Source: a virus (Duplodnaviria; Caudoviricetes). From it: a stretch of DNA of 24,427 nt. The position numbers and the translations under genes were made by a program. The stretch lies in the IMG/VR virus record IMGVR_UViG_3300032093_000805, positions 1-24,427 of that record. One strand, given 5' to 3'. The notes under the pieces are model-generated. The model was not told where the DNA came from. It saw only the letters and a program-made list of their open reading frames with translations, and searched no databases. Positions 1-8,350 of this stretch are shown here, piece after piece (the first letter of the stretch is position 1; each line of letters begins with the position of its first letter).

Positions 1-117
1 GAGAAGTATGTAGAACTGCTGGCCCAGTGGGGCATGCTGGTGATGTCGTTTTATTTTGGTGGTCGGACGTTGGAAAAGATTATGGATATGAAAGCAAAAA
101 GTGCAATTAAGTCCTAA
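1..117 (+). CDS. Holin, 3TM type (3' part only)
   Basis: Frame 1 reads EKYVELLAQWGMLVMSFYFGGRTLEKIMDMKAKSAIKS*. A hydrophobic segment followed by FYFGGRTLEK is typical of 3TM (GTA-type) holins. It overlaps the endolysin start. Confidence 0.75.
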   Translation, partial: EKYVELLAQWGMLVMSFYFGGRTLEKIMDMKAKSAIKS

Positions 118-538
118 CTTTACATTAGAGGAATTAACATCCTCGGAAACGGCAGATCGACATGGAATTGATAACACGCCTACGCCAGAAATTATCGAAA
201 ACCTTAAACGCCTTGCTGCATCTCTTCAAGAAGTAAGGACATTACTTGGCAACAAATCAATCATCGTTTCAAGCGGCTATCGCAGTCCTGCGGTCAATGA
301 GAAACTTGGCAGCAAACCGACTTCTGACCATTGCAAGGGACTGGCGGCGGATTTCATTTGCCCGGCTTTTGGTTCCCCCGACGAGATTGTTCGGGCAATC
401 ATGGCTTCTCCAATACCGTATAAGCAGATCATTAGAGAGTTTGATCGCTGGGTACATTTTGCGGTATCAGCGCCGGGAGAGGAACCGCGCCGCCAAGCGC
501 TTATCATAGATAAACAAGGAACCCGGAACTATGCCTAA
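101..538 (+). CDS. Endolysin, peptidase M15A family
   Basis: LSPNFTLEEL start, SGYRS, SDH..G.AADF and WVHF Zn-peptidase motifs; GTG start; follows the holin. Confidence 0.88.
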   Translation: MQLSPNFTLEELTSSETADRHGIDNTPTPEIIENLKRLAASLQEVRTLLGNKSIIVSSGYRSPAVNEKLGSKPTSDHCKGLAADFICPAFGSPDEIVRAIMASPIPYKQIIREFDRWVHFAVSAPGEEPRRQALIIDKQGTRNYA

Positions 539-794
539 AAAGGGTGTCAGCCTATCTATTGGACGCGGGGAGAAGCTCCCGGTGAGCAAAGGTGCTGGCT
601 TGACTGCCAAGGGCAGAGCCAAGTACAACAGGGCTACTGGCAGCAAGTTAAGGGCACCGGCACCCAATCCTAAGACCAAGGCTGACAAGGGCCGCAAGGC
701 GTCTTTCTGTGCTCGCATGCGGGGTGTTGTTCGTAACGCCAAAGGCCCTGCTACACGGGCCAAGGCATCACTTAGAAGGTGGAATTGCCGATGA
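531..794 (+). CDS. Conserved basic phage protein (DUF6321-like)
   Basis: GLTAKGRAKYN...SFCARM.G...SLRRWNC pattern, very K/R-rich; AAGGA upstream. Confidence 0.7.
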   Translation: MPKKGVSLSIGRGEKLPVSKGAGLTAKGRAKYNRATGSKLRAPAPNPKTKADKGRKASFCARMRGVVRNAKGPATRAKASLRRWNCR

Positions 795-931
795 AAAAGG
801 GTCTTTACTACAACATCAACAAACGCCGCAAAGAAGGCAAGCCGCCAAAAAAACCGGGTCAGAAAGGCTATCCGACCCGTGAAGCCTTCATCCGATCAGC
901 CAAGACCGCAAAGCGTAGCGGTAGCCGATAG
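791..931 (+). CDS. Small basic phage protein, 46 aa (not in ORF track)
   Basis: MKKGLYYNINKRRKEGKPPKKPGQKGYPTREAFIRSAKTAKRSGSR*; ATGA overlap with the previous stop. Confidence 0.7.
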   Translation: MKKGLYYNINKRRKEGKPPKKPGQKGYPTREAFIRSAKTAKRSGSR

Positions 932-972
932 TCTCCTTCAGGGCGCATTTCCTTCCGCGCCTTGCTTGAACG

Positions 973-998
973 CCCCCGGTTCGCCGGGGGTCTTTTTT
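973..998 (+). terminator. Rho-independent terminator at the convergence of late and early operons
   Basis: CCCCCGG-TTCG-CCGGGGG stem-loop followed by TCTTTTTT. Confidence 0.9.
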
Positions 999-1821
999 AA
1001 TCACCACAATAACAAGCAATAGATTCTTCTTCAGTAGCAAACATATCGCCTTGCGTCTGGGCAAAATTCATCATCCGTGCATAACTTGGACGATCCTTCC
1101 TGAATCTTGCTCCGTCACCTTGAAACTGACCTGAAGATTGAATTTTAGTTTCCATCTTTGCCCACCAAATAGCCCTATCAGGTTTTTCTTGGATAAGACT
1201 TAAAGTCTGTGGATAACCCTTTAAAAAACAAAGATCACAGTTTCCATGAAATGTCTTGCCATTGATATTAGGTAACTCAAGATCAAATGGTTGTGCTTTC
1301 CAGAAGGCTCCTACGTCCTTGGCGGTCACCCCATCCACAAATAGTGGAACCCTAGATTTATCTACTTTGGCGGCTCTGCGAGGTTCATCGGCCCTGATGC
1401 CAATCCAGTCTGAATTTTCATCATGCTCCCACCCTAAATCTTTTAGGTAACGGTTTAGGGTTCTAATCTTTAATTCAGCCGTACAGAATCTAGTTACAGG
1501 GTTTGGCAAGTACTTCTTATACTCAATGAGCATTTCAAATGGCTCACCGTTTCTACTTGCCGTATCAAAGTCTACGACTTTATAACGCTTTTCTCCATTC
1601 TGGTACTCAAGCCAAACGATAGGCACATTCCAATTTTCTTGGCAGGCTTTAACAAACCGCAAAGTAGCTTCGTCTTCTTTCCCAGTATTAGCAAAACAAA
1701 CTATGCCTTCTGACGGCAAACCGTTATTGCTTTGTAACACCCGCCATAACATATACCCAGAGGTGCGCCCACCAGAAAAACTGATAACAGTAGGTTCGGT
1801 TATCTTGAATGGATCAGTCAT
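997..1821 (-). CDS. PAPS reductase-family (PP-loop) protein
   Basis: SFSGGRTSG PP-loop, FANTGKE, RFCTAELK, GIRADE, GNCDLCFLK, C-terminal CYC. Confidence 0.82.
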   Translation of the reverse strand: MTDPFKITEPTVISFSGGRTSGYMLWRVLQSNNGLPSEGIVCFANTGKEDEATLRFVKACQENWNVPIVWLEYQNGEKRYKVVDFDTASRNGEPFEMLIEYKKYLPNPVTRFCTAELKIRTLNRYLKDLGWEHDENSDWIGIRADEPRRAAKVDKSRVPLFVDGVTAKDVGAFWKAQPFDLELPNINGKTFHGNCDLCFLKGYPQTLSLIQEKPDRAIWWAKMETKIQSSGQFQGDGARFRKDRPSYARMMNFAQTQGDMFATEEESIACYCGD

Positions 1822-2057
1822 ATCTTGTCTACAGCGTCGCAGATCACGCCTGCGATCAGTGCTCGTTCCTCTGCACTGCCATCAATCATCTTGCAGATCA
1901 CGCGATTATCCTCAGAGATGATTTCAATACTGCCGTCCCTACGCGACATAACCACCCAAGGCAGGCTGCACATGTCCCTAACCCACTGCGGCTCAGTGCC
2001 CTTAGTTTCATGCCACTCCTGACCGCCGTCGTCTTCACGTTCTGGTGATGTACTCAT
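1818..2057 (-). CDS. Hypothetical protein
   Basis: 79-aa ORF overlapping both neighbours in the same operon. Confidence 0.55.
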   Translation of the reverse strand: MSTSPEREDDGGQEWHETKGTEPQWVRDMCSLPWVVMSRRDGSIEIISEDNRVICKMIDGSAEERALIAGVICDAVDKI

Positions 2058-2817
2058 TTGGTTTTGCCTTATCTGTTTCGATCAATTGCCCGGTGAAATT
2101 GTAAGACCCAAAGTGCCCTATCTTGCACCAAGGCGCTCCCCATACCTTACCGCCTAGCTTTCGCCATTCATGGCAAAAATGGTAATCTTCACTTAGAAGC
2201 CTGCCGCTTTCAGGGTCTATGCTTTCCGTAAAAAATCTGTAGACAGGTTTTCCACCCGGCATGTGGCTCATGTCGTTTTTGAACTGCGGGGTGACTTCCT
2301 TCATCTTTTCAAAGACTTCCCGCTTAATCAGCATAATCCCGGTGCCACCAGCGGCTATCTCAAAGGGTTGATTCTGTGGCACTGACACGGTGTTAGACCC
2401 CGGCAAAAGGTTGACCACAAACGAGCCAGTGAACTTGCTCAAGTCCTGTTCACCACGGTTTGCTGCCAGCCTGACTGTCTCCCAGTTAATCTCTTTCTTT
2501 GGGCACATCCCCACAATAATGTCTTTGTCGCTATGCAGCATGTAGTAGATGTCCTGACCGCGCCACTGTTGGTCAGCATCAATGAACAACAAGTGCGTGT
2601 TGTCAGTCTCTAAGAATTGGCTGACAAGGTTGTTCCTAGCCCGTGTAATCAGGCTTTCGTTAAACATGAAAGCGCAAGACAGCCGGATGTTTTGAGCTGA
2701 CAGTAGTCCCGACATTTCGATCAATGACTGTACAAACACCCCGGTGCAATGCCCACCATACATCGGTGTGGCTAGAAATATCTTGGCCTTGAAATCGTCT
2801 TTCTTTTCCTCTTCCAT
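2035..2817 (-). CDS. Glycosyltransferase-like protein (GT-A fold)
   Basis: ATPMYGG, ESLITRARN, LLFIDAD (DxD), GTGIMLIKREVF, SEDYHFC, GHFG; GGAG upstream. Confidence 0.75.
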   Translation of the reverse strand: MEEEKKDDFKAKIFLATPMYGGHCTGVFVQSLIEMSGLLSAQNIRLSCAFMFNESLITRARNNLVSQFLETDNTHLLFIDADQQWRGQDIYYMLHSDKDIIVGMCPKKEINWETVRLAANRGEQDLSKFTGSFVVNLLPGSNTVSVPQNQPFEIAAGGTGIMLIKREVFEKMKEVTPQFKNDMSHMPGGKPVYRFFTESIDPESGRLLSEDYHFCHEWRKLGGKVWGAPWCKIGHFGSYNFTGQLIETDKAKPNEYITRT

Positions 2818-2868
2818 GCTCTCTCCAATCAGTGAGGGGTGCCAGAACCGCTGCCCCTCGGCAACGTC

Positions 2869-3231
2869 CTAATCACCGTCATTTGCTGACGGATGCACCT
2901 CTGGCTGTGCGGGGGTTAATTCGTTCCCCAGTAACTTCATAAAGTCTGCCCATCGCATCATGGCTAATGTCTTCTCGCCATCGGCCCGCATGAGAACAAT
3001 AGGCGTTTGCTCCTTGGAACACGCTTGCTCTGCCTGCTCCATGAATTTGTAGACGGCGATTTCCCTTCTGCGCTTACACTCAATCACGTAATTGCCTACG
3101 ATCAAATCGCCTTCCCCGGACACCTGATACTGCGTCAGATTCCTTCGGGTCTTAACGCCAAGCGTTTCGGCAAGATCATTCACAATCTCTCGCTCAAACC
3201 CTGCACCACGCTGGCGTTGAAGTTTACCCAT
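2869..3231 (-). CDS. Holliday junction resolvase-like PD-(D/E)xK nuclease
   Basis: Likely start MGKLQRQRGAGFERE at 3231 (TAATG overlap); G.FERE, GD and IECKR motifs. Confidence 0.75.
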   Translation of the reverse strand: MGKLQRQRGAGFEREIVNDLAETLGVKTRRNLTQYQVSGEGDLIVGNYVIECKRRREIAVYKFMEQAEQACSKEQTPIVLMRADGEKTLAMMRWADFMKLLGNELTPAQPEVHPSANDGD

Positions 3232-3383
3232 TAGAAGCAGTTGGTTGTGCAGTTGCCACCATAGCAGCATGTCGTACACATCACCATCCGACCATCAGGA
3301 GTTGTGATTGTATGTGTGCGGCAGTTAGCATAGACGGCTGTTGCAAACGTCAGGCCAAGCAAACCTACGATAATTTTCTTCAT
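3231..3383 (-). CDS. Small secreted Cys-rich peptide, 50 aa
   Basis: MKKIIVGLLGLTFATAVYA signal-like N-terminus, then 31 aa with 6 Cys; AGGGG upstream of ATG at 3383. Confidence 0.75.
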   Translation of the reverse strand: MKKIIVGLLGLTFATAVYANCRTHTITTPDGRMVMCTTCCYGGNCTTNCF

Positions 3384-3396
3384 GGTTTCCCCTAGT

Positions 3397-3681
3397 TTAG
3401 AAAGGCACATCGTCATCACCATCCAGCGACTTGCTCGGTGCTGGCTGGACATTCTGCTTGTAGTTGCCATCAGGTTTCCAGTTGTCTTCCTTCAAGCTGA
3501 TTAGTGGGCCACGCGCAGATTGTTTAGTCCATGCGGCAATCTTCAAAGTCTCGCCTGCCACATAGTCACGTTCTAGTTTTAACTCACCTTTCCAATCAGG
3601 GCCACTACCAGTCTCGCCCTTCTTGTGATTGGTGAACAATACCCCGGTTCCTGCTTGTCTTTCTTGTGGTTGATACGCCAT
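3397..3681 (-). CDS. Putative single-stranded DNA-binding protein
   Basis: GVLF.N..K...PDWKG...IAAW.K...ISL core and acidic DDDVPF tail as in SSBs; start trimmed to MAYQ with AAGGA upstream. Confidence 0.65.
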   Translation of the reverse strand: MAYQPQERQAGTGVLFTNHKKGETGSGPDWKGELKLERDYVAGETLKIAAWTKQSARGPLISLKEDNWKPDGNYKQNVQPAPSKSLDGDDDVPF

Positions 3682-3682
3682 G

Positions 3683-3868
3683 TTACTTTCCTTTCGCCAA
3701 ATGGTAGCGGGCAAAATTCTTCCCGCCTTGTTTTACATCTTCCGTAATAATGATATGCCCCTGCTTCTTTAGGTCATCCACCCGTGCTGCCAGCCTAGCG
3801 CAGCCAAACAAACGCAGAGCATCCAAGTGCGTGATTGCATTACCAGCTTGCAAGTGCATTAGGATCAT
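3683..3868 (-). CDS. Winged HTH domain, possibly expressed as a frameshift fusion with the upstream annealase
   Basis: IL.HL..G..IT.L.AL..FGC.RLAARV.DLK..G pattern; frame stays open upstream through a slippery site; no SD before the ATG. Confidence 0.75.
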   Translation of the reverse strand: MILMHLQAGNAITHLDALRLFGCARLAARVDDLKKQGHIIITEDVKQGGKNFARYHLAKGK

Positions 3869-3912
3869 TTCGTTCTGCGTAAGTTTGCCTGTGTTTCCTA
3901 TGACTGGCTGTT

Positions 3913-4758
3913 CTACTTTTTTGCCTGTGCTTCCTGATTGATCGTAAAGCGGGCACCGCCAATGCCAGTGGTCAATACGGTATACAGACCTTCATTTGTA
4001 TCCCTGACCTTGGAAAAGAAGCCGCGATTTACACGCTCAAACTCGCCAATCTTAAAGAGCTTTTCATCGCCTTTGGACTTCTTGCTCTGCATGATTTTGT
4101 CCATTAGCGTTAAGAAAGCATCCACCCATCCATCAGCATCCTGATGGTAGCTGTAAGGATCATCGCTGCCCGGAACAAACAAAGGCCAGTCCCCTGCTGG
4201 TTCATCAGTAATGACCGGCATGGTAGGGATCGGCTCAGGTTCAGGCATTACGAGACTTTCCTTAACGGCTGTAGGGATTGACTCGACCTCTGTTTCGTCA
4301 AGCATCCCCAATCCGCAATGAGCCAGCACCGATCTGCGTATTGCTTTGGTAGTTGCTTTGAGAACTCCGTTAGCCAAAGCATCGCCTCTGAGTCCGGCAA
4401 TGCTGACGGCACCTTGATTTTCGCTAACTCGACCATCAGCCCCGGTAACTCTGACGCTGACAATGTAAATATCATCGACGCGTTCCTTACCCGTAATTTG
4501 AGTTGACAGTCTGTGGATGTTGCAGAGTTGTTGTGTGGCTCCTGCGTTGGCATATAGCACCTGCTTCCCAGATAGGTTCAGCAGGTCAAACGGTTTGGCA
4601 CTAGGGTCTAGGCCAATCTGCTTGCAGCGGTAGTTGTAGTACTGCACCTTCTGAACTTGGTTTAGCCCCGACAAGTCCCCTTTGGTTACGATTGATTCAA
4701 TGATCGCTGGATCAATAGTAGCGACCTCACCCTTTGGCATACTGATTACGTTACTCAT
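3913..4758 (-). CDS. RecT/Bet-like single-strand annealing protein
   Basis: GDLS.L...YY..C..IGLDP..KPF, KATTKAIRR.VL..CGLG.LDETE; directly downstream of a YqaJ exonuclease. Confidence 0.65.
   Translation of the reverse strand: MSNVISMPKGEVATIDPAIIESIVTKGDLSGLNQVQKVQYYNYRCKQIGLDPSAKPFDLLNLSGKQVLYANAGATQQLCNIHRLSTQITGKERVDDIYIVSVRVTGADGRVSENQGAVSIAGLRGDALANGVLKATTKAIRRSVLAHCGLGMLDETEVESIPTAVKESLVMPEPEPIPTMPVITDEPAGDWPLFVPGSDDPYSYHQDADGWVDAFLTLMDKIMQSKKSKGDEKLFKIGEFERVNRGFFSKVRDTNEGLYTVLTTGIGGARFTINQEAQAKK
3916..3922 (-). other. Candidate -1 ribosomal frameshift heptamer A_AAA_AAG
   Basis: Minus strand GCA AAA AAG TAG; the -1 frame reads KKVEQPVIGNTGKLTQNEMILMHL into the HTH ORF. Confidence 0.65.
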
Positions 4759-4768
4759 ATTTAGCCCC

Positions 4769-5671
4769 TCATTTGATTAAGAATCTACGACTACCCGCCT
4801 GCTCTATTACAAACTTCTCATAAGTCTCTGGAAGCGCCTGCTTTAACAGATCAGCACTAAAGCGTTTGCTAGGCTTTGCGGTCTTCCATGTGGCTAGAAT
4901 CTCGCCACTGAAAGATTTAAGCGTAGCCTTCTGCGCCATGGCACCTTGGATCATTTGCTTTAGCCCTTCCTCGGCCTCTTCGTATTCTTTGAGCTTTGCC
5001 TTGATCGCGGCTAACTGTTGGCAGGCAGTCTCCAATGCAGCATTAGCCACCATCTCTGACCCATCATCGACCTTATACATGTCGCCTACGGCATCAGCCA
5101 TGGTCTGTGGGTTAAAACTGCGGGTCTGTATCTGCGCCCAGAATTCAGCCATGGTGCGGATATGCGCCTCGGCCTCTAGCTGTGTAAAGTTTTGCGGGAA
5201 GTGGCAAAGCTCCTGCCCACCAAACAAGACAACAAGGATGATGTTTTCCACGCCCTCATGCACTATCTGCTCATGCAGACATTGGGCACGGTAGCGCGGG
5301 CTTACCAATTCCTCGCCATCCTCGCCATACTTTTTGCGCTGGTGAACGCCAAGATTCTTGACTTCAAATAGCGTCTTGCCATCGGCAGAAATGTAGTCAA
5401 AATGACTTGCTAGCCAGTTGTGCTTAGGGTGCATCAGGGTGTAGTCAGCATCCTTAAACTCCCACCCCCATCTGCCTGCTGCTGCCCGCATGATGGGTTC
5501 CTGCATTACTAAACCCATCTGCACTGCCTCATTGTCTGAGAGGTCAGGCTTTGGTTTCTGCCCAGTCTTTTGCAGGTAGACTTCCCCTGCCTGTCCTTCT
5601 GCGATCATGCCTGCATCTGATGACCAGATGTGTTGATCGCGTATTGCTACGTCGTGTTCGCTCAGTGCCAT
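4769..5671 (-). CDS. YqaJ-like viral recombinase exonuclease
   Basis: SSDA, MG...EP, HP...WLASHFD, FEVK, YRAQ, and C-terminal TWK...SRRFLIK. Confidence 0.85.
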   Translation of the reverse strand: MALSEHDVAIRDQHIWSSDAGMIAEGQAGEVYLQKTGQKPKPDLSDNEAVQMGLVMQEPIMRAAAGRWGWEFKDADYTLMHPKHNWLASHFDYISADGKTLFEVKNLGVHQRKKYGEDGEELVSPRYRAQCLHEQIVHEGVENIILVVLFGGQELCHFPQNFTQLEAEAHIRTMAEFWAQIQTRSFNPQTMADAVGDMYKVDDGSEMVANAALETACQQLAAIKAKLKEYEEAEEGLKQMIQGAMAQKATLKSFSGEILATWKTAKPSKRFSADLLKQALPETYEKFVIEQAGSRRFLIK

Positions 5672-5672
5672 A

Positions 5673-6053
5673 TCAGCCCCCTACTTTGCTTTGCTCTTCG
5701 CATGTCTTTTCTTCAATCCACTTTGCCAAGTAAAGAGCATCTGTGTTTAGCCGGTCTAATAAAAATTTAGCTTCGTCGAGCGTGTCAAATGAGTAGTCGT
5801 ATAGCTCTACGAAATCGTATATAAGATCGCTCAACGATACGCACAAGTAGCCGCAGCTATCGTATTCAAACCCTTTTTCTTCGGATGTAATGCCAGCAAA
5901 ATACTCCGGCACTTTGATTGTCAGTTCGACATCCTTCGGCGGTAAGTCGGTATTTGTGAAGTCGTGTGTGACTGTGATTTCTGCCGAAAATACTGGATCG
6001 TTGTCACTATCCTTCGGCATTTCAAAGTTTTCTGAGTCGCTTAGTTCAACCAT
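5673..6053 (-). CDS. Acidic hypothetical protein
   Basis: 126 aa, D/E-rich, AAGGGGGCT upstream. Confidence 0.65.
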   Translation of the reverse strand: MVELSDSENFEMPKDSDNDPVFSAEITVTHDFTNTDLPPKDVELTIKVPEYFAGITSEEKGFEYDSCGYLCVSLSDLIYDFVELYDYSFDTLDEAKFLLDRLNTDALYLAKWIEEKTCEEQSKVGG

Positions 6054-6080
6054 ATCAGCCCCCTTATAAGATTAGCGAAT

Positions 6081-6788
6081 TTACAGATTACCAAGAAAAT
6101 ATCGTTTGTGCAACAGTGGTCTATTAAGTTTAAGCCAGTCTTCTGCCTCCATCATGTTTTTACTGTCGGCACCCAAACCACGGCCTATGGTGCTAGACCC
6201 CACATGATGTACATAGGCACGGGAGAGCCAGTGGCTATAGCCTTCATCAGTCATATCGGCACAGGCCACGTTATCTGAGAAAAAGTTAGTCGGCGAGAAG
6301 CCGGGCCATCCGTCCCGGTCTACGCTAGCGAACAAGGGAGCAGTCCATTCCACCTTAGCAATCTGCTCTTCGCTTGCCCAACGCATACCCGTCCATTGAT
6401 CCTGCTCCTGCTTATGCCGGATGTTTTGCGGCAGGCTAGCCATGTTGCTACGGGCTGAGACAAACCCCACCTTGTGCCCCTGTTGCTTCAAAATCACCCG
6501 GTCATGGCAAAGCAGCCAATAGGTATTAGGATCAAGCACAACGTCATCGTTAGCCAAGATGACAGTCTCATGCCCGTCCATGAACACCTGAGACATGGCG
6601 TAGTTAAACGACTCGCCAAAGTTAGGCTTATCGTTCTCACCTAGCCAGTTAATAAACTCACAAGTATGCAGGCCGGGGAAGTCCCCAAAAACGTAGACCT
6701 TGGTTTCCCGTGGAACATAGGCTTCAATGCTGGCAAGCAGCACTTGGATGGTCTTGCTACCCTTGGTAGCGATCAGGATAGGTGTCAT
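6081..6788 (-). CDS. Glycosyltransferase family 2-like protein
   Basis: Start trimmed to MTPILIAT; NFGESFN, ILANDDVVL, FSDN, YVHHVGSSTIG motifs. Confidence 0.72.
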   Translation of the reverse strand: MTPILIATKGSKTIQVLLASIEAYVPRETKVYVFGDFPGLHTCEFINWLGENDKPNFGESFNYAMSQVFMDGHETVILANDDVVLDPNTYWLLCHDRVILKQQGHKVGFVSARSNMASLPQNIRHKQEQDQWTGMRWASEEQIAKVEWTAPLFASVDRDGWPGFSPTNFFSDNVACADMTDEGYSHWLSRAYVHHVGSSTIGRGLGADSKNMMEAEDWLKLNRPLLHKRYFLGNL

Positions 6789-6859
6789 TCGCCATACCCC
6801 ACCAAGATTCCTAAAGCCACAACCGCCACCAGAAAAGTCACAAATATCCAAATATCCAT
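6785..6859 (-). CDS. 24-aa single-pass membrane peptide (not in ORF track)
   Basis: MDIWIFVTFLVAVVALGILVGYGE*; AAGGGG upstream; ATGA coupling to the GT2 gene. Confidence 0.6.
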   Translation of the reverse strand: MDIWIFVTFLVAVVALGILVGYGE

Positions 6860-6908
6860 CTCTGACCCCTTTCGATTAGGACAATCTCTGCCTTGTCGGC
6901 AGTTATGG

Positions 6909-7100
6909 TTACAGCAGATCAATTTTCACCTTCACCCGCACTGGAACAGCCTTTAGACGCACCCAATACTGATTGTCTTCTAGCCAAGACAGAGCGTGTA
7001 AGCGTGTACGAAACAGCGCCGTATGCACTGGTTTGCTAGGGTCAAGGCGCTCAGAAACAAACTTGCCACGATAGGCAATCGCCCAACAGTCTTTCCTCAT
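6909..7100 (-). CDS. Hypothetical protein
   Basis: 63 aa, ATGA-coupled to the upstream gene. Confidence 0.65.
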   Translation of the reverse strand: MRKDCWAIAYRGKFVSERLDPSKPVHTALFRTRLHALSWLEDNQYWVRLKAVPVRVKVKIDLL

Positions 7101-7294
7101 TTCAGTTTCTCCGCATATTTTTTGTTCTGCTCACCAACCCAAAGGGCTAGGCAGGCCATCTCTAGTTCTTCTGAGACTTGCCGGGTATTGAGCGTCATAT
7201 CCAGCCTTTGCTGCCTGCCTACATTCAGGCCATAGGCATAGCTTGCAAAGGCACAGAAAGCGGTTACAAGGGCTATGGCAGCTAAGTTTCTCAT
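7097..7294 (-). CDS. Small membrane-anchored or exported protein
   Basis: Hydrophobic N-terminus; ATGA-coupled on both sides. Confidence 0.65.
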   Translation of the reverse strand: MRNLAAIALVTAFCAFASYAYGLNVGRQQRLDMTLNTRQVSEELEMACLALWVGEQNKKYAEKLK

Positions 7295-7494
7295 CTCACC
7301 CTCTGCTGGCAGCTATAGGCTTGTGGGCCATCCCTGAAATTACCCATGAACCGGCAGTCCTCGGTGATGTACTTGATCGCTAACTGGTAGCCGAATGTGA
7401 ATGAGACTAGGGCAATCAAGATGCAGCCAAAGGATGTAGCCCAAGAGCGCTTTAGCCACTCCCAAATGCGCTTTACATCTAGCAGGTCTTTCAT
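7291..7494 (-). CDS. Small single-pass membrane protein
   Basis: SFGCILIALVSFTFGY segment and a C-terminal Cys pair; ATGA-coupled. Confidence 0.65.
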   Translation of the reverse strand: MKDLLDVKRIWEWLKRSWATSFGCILIALVSFTFGYQLAIKYITEDCRFMGNFRDGPQAYSCQQRVR

Positions 7495-7688
7495 TCATAC
7501 ACCCGATCAACAATGCGCTGAATCATGGAGCAGTGGTGCCTGAGTTCAGTAGCAGTGGCATCAATGTCCGACCAGACTGGCTTATAGGTCTGACGCACTA
7601 GCTTATTGAGTTCTGTGACCAGCTTATTGATTTCGACAACGTGTGTGCCTACGTCCAGTAGGTCTGGATCGCCTCTTTTTTCGTACAT
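7491..7688 (-). CDS. Hypothetical protein
   Basis: 65 aa, GGGGGCT upstream. Confidence 0.65.
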   Translation of the reverse strand: MYEKRGDPDLLDVGTHVVEINKLVTELNKLVRQTYKPVWSDIDATATELRHHCSMIQRIVDRVYE

Positions 7689-7704
7689 ATTAGCCCCCGA
7701 ATGA

Positions 7705-7884
7705 TTAGTTACTGGATTGGATTTCGATGTCTAGCCGTCTTTCTTTGGCACGTTGGATGATGGCACGGATGGCGTTTACATTGGCCTGAGCGCGTTCTAA
7801 ACGCTCTGTCATACGTGCCTCATAAATGAGCAATTCACGCATTACATCCGTAGATTTTGGTACATCGTATTCGTACTTAACCAT
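7705..7884 (-). CDS. Hypothetical coiled-coil protein
   Basis: Start trimmed to MVKYEY with AAAGGGG upstream; first gene after the predicted promoter. Confidence 0.6.
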   Translation of the reverse strand: MVKYEYDVPKSTDVMRELLIYEARMTERLERAQANVNAIRAIIQRAKERRLDIEIQSSN

Positions 7885-7925
7885 GGTAATTCCCCTTTCA
7901 TTAGGTATGTGTAAACGTCTACACG

Positions 7926-8336
7926 CTATGAACCGTATACCCATGTTTCATTACTGTCAAGTACCTTGTTGTGCTTTTTTCTATTCTCTTGTTCGGATAC
8001 AACACGCAGATTAGACGGCACATGTAGGCCAGAAACGGTAGCTCCGCGCAGTGGGTAAATATGATCAACAACAAAGCGAGAGCCGGTGGCGGCAGTCAAA
8101 TGGACAGCCTGAAGGTAGGTAGCCTTGATCTCCTGCCAGTCTGAATCAGTGAGCCAAGGCGGTACGCAACGGTTAGGAACAGACACGCTTTTAGCCGGAA
8201 TGGCGGTCTTTTTGTAGGCCGCAGTCTTAGCTTTATGACATGTTTTACAGACCGTGTAGAGGCCGTCTTTAGTCGTAAATTTGGGGTAGAAGTCAGACCT
8301 TGATTTTGTCTGCTTGCATGATTTGCACTCTTTCAT
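7926..8336 (-). CDS. HNH endonuclease with N-terminal Zn finger
   Basis: CKSC...CKTC, VDHIYPL.G..VSGLHVP.NL.V....N.KK.N; AGGAG upstream. Confidence 0.82.
   Translation of the reverse strand: MKECKSCKQTKSRSDFYPKFTTKDGLYTVCKTCHKAKTAAYKKTAIPAKSVSVPNRCVPPWLTDSDWQEIKATYLQAVHLTAATGSRFVVDHIYPLRGATVSGLHVPSNLRVVSEQENRKKHNKVLDSNETWVYGS
7932..7960 (-). promoter_or_regulatory. Sigma70-type early promoter
   Basis: Minus strand TTGACA-N17-TACGGT, inside the 3' end of the HNH gene. Confidence 0.7.
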
Positions 8337-8350
8337 AGCTTCTCCTTGCC

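Noticed and set aside
1208-1216. Perfect DnaA box TGTGGATAA
   Set aside because: Isolated and inside the PAPS-reductase-like gene, where it encodes part of GYPQ; chance is sufficient.
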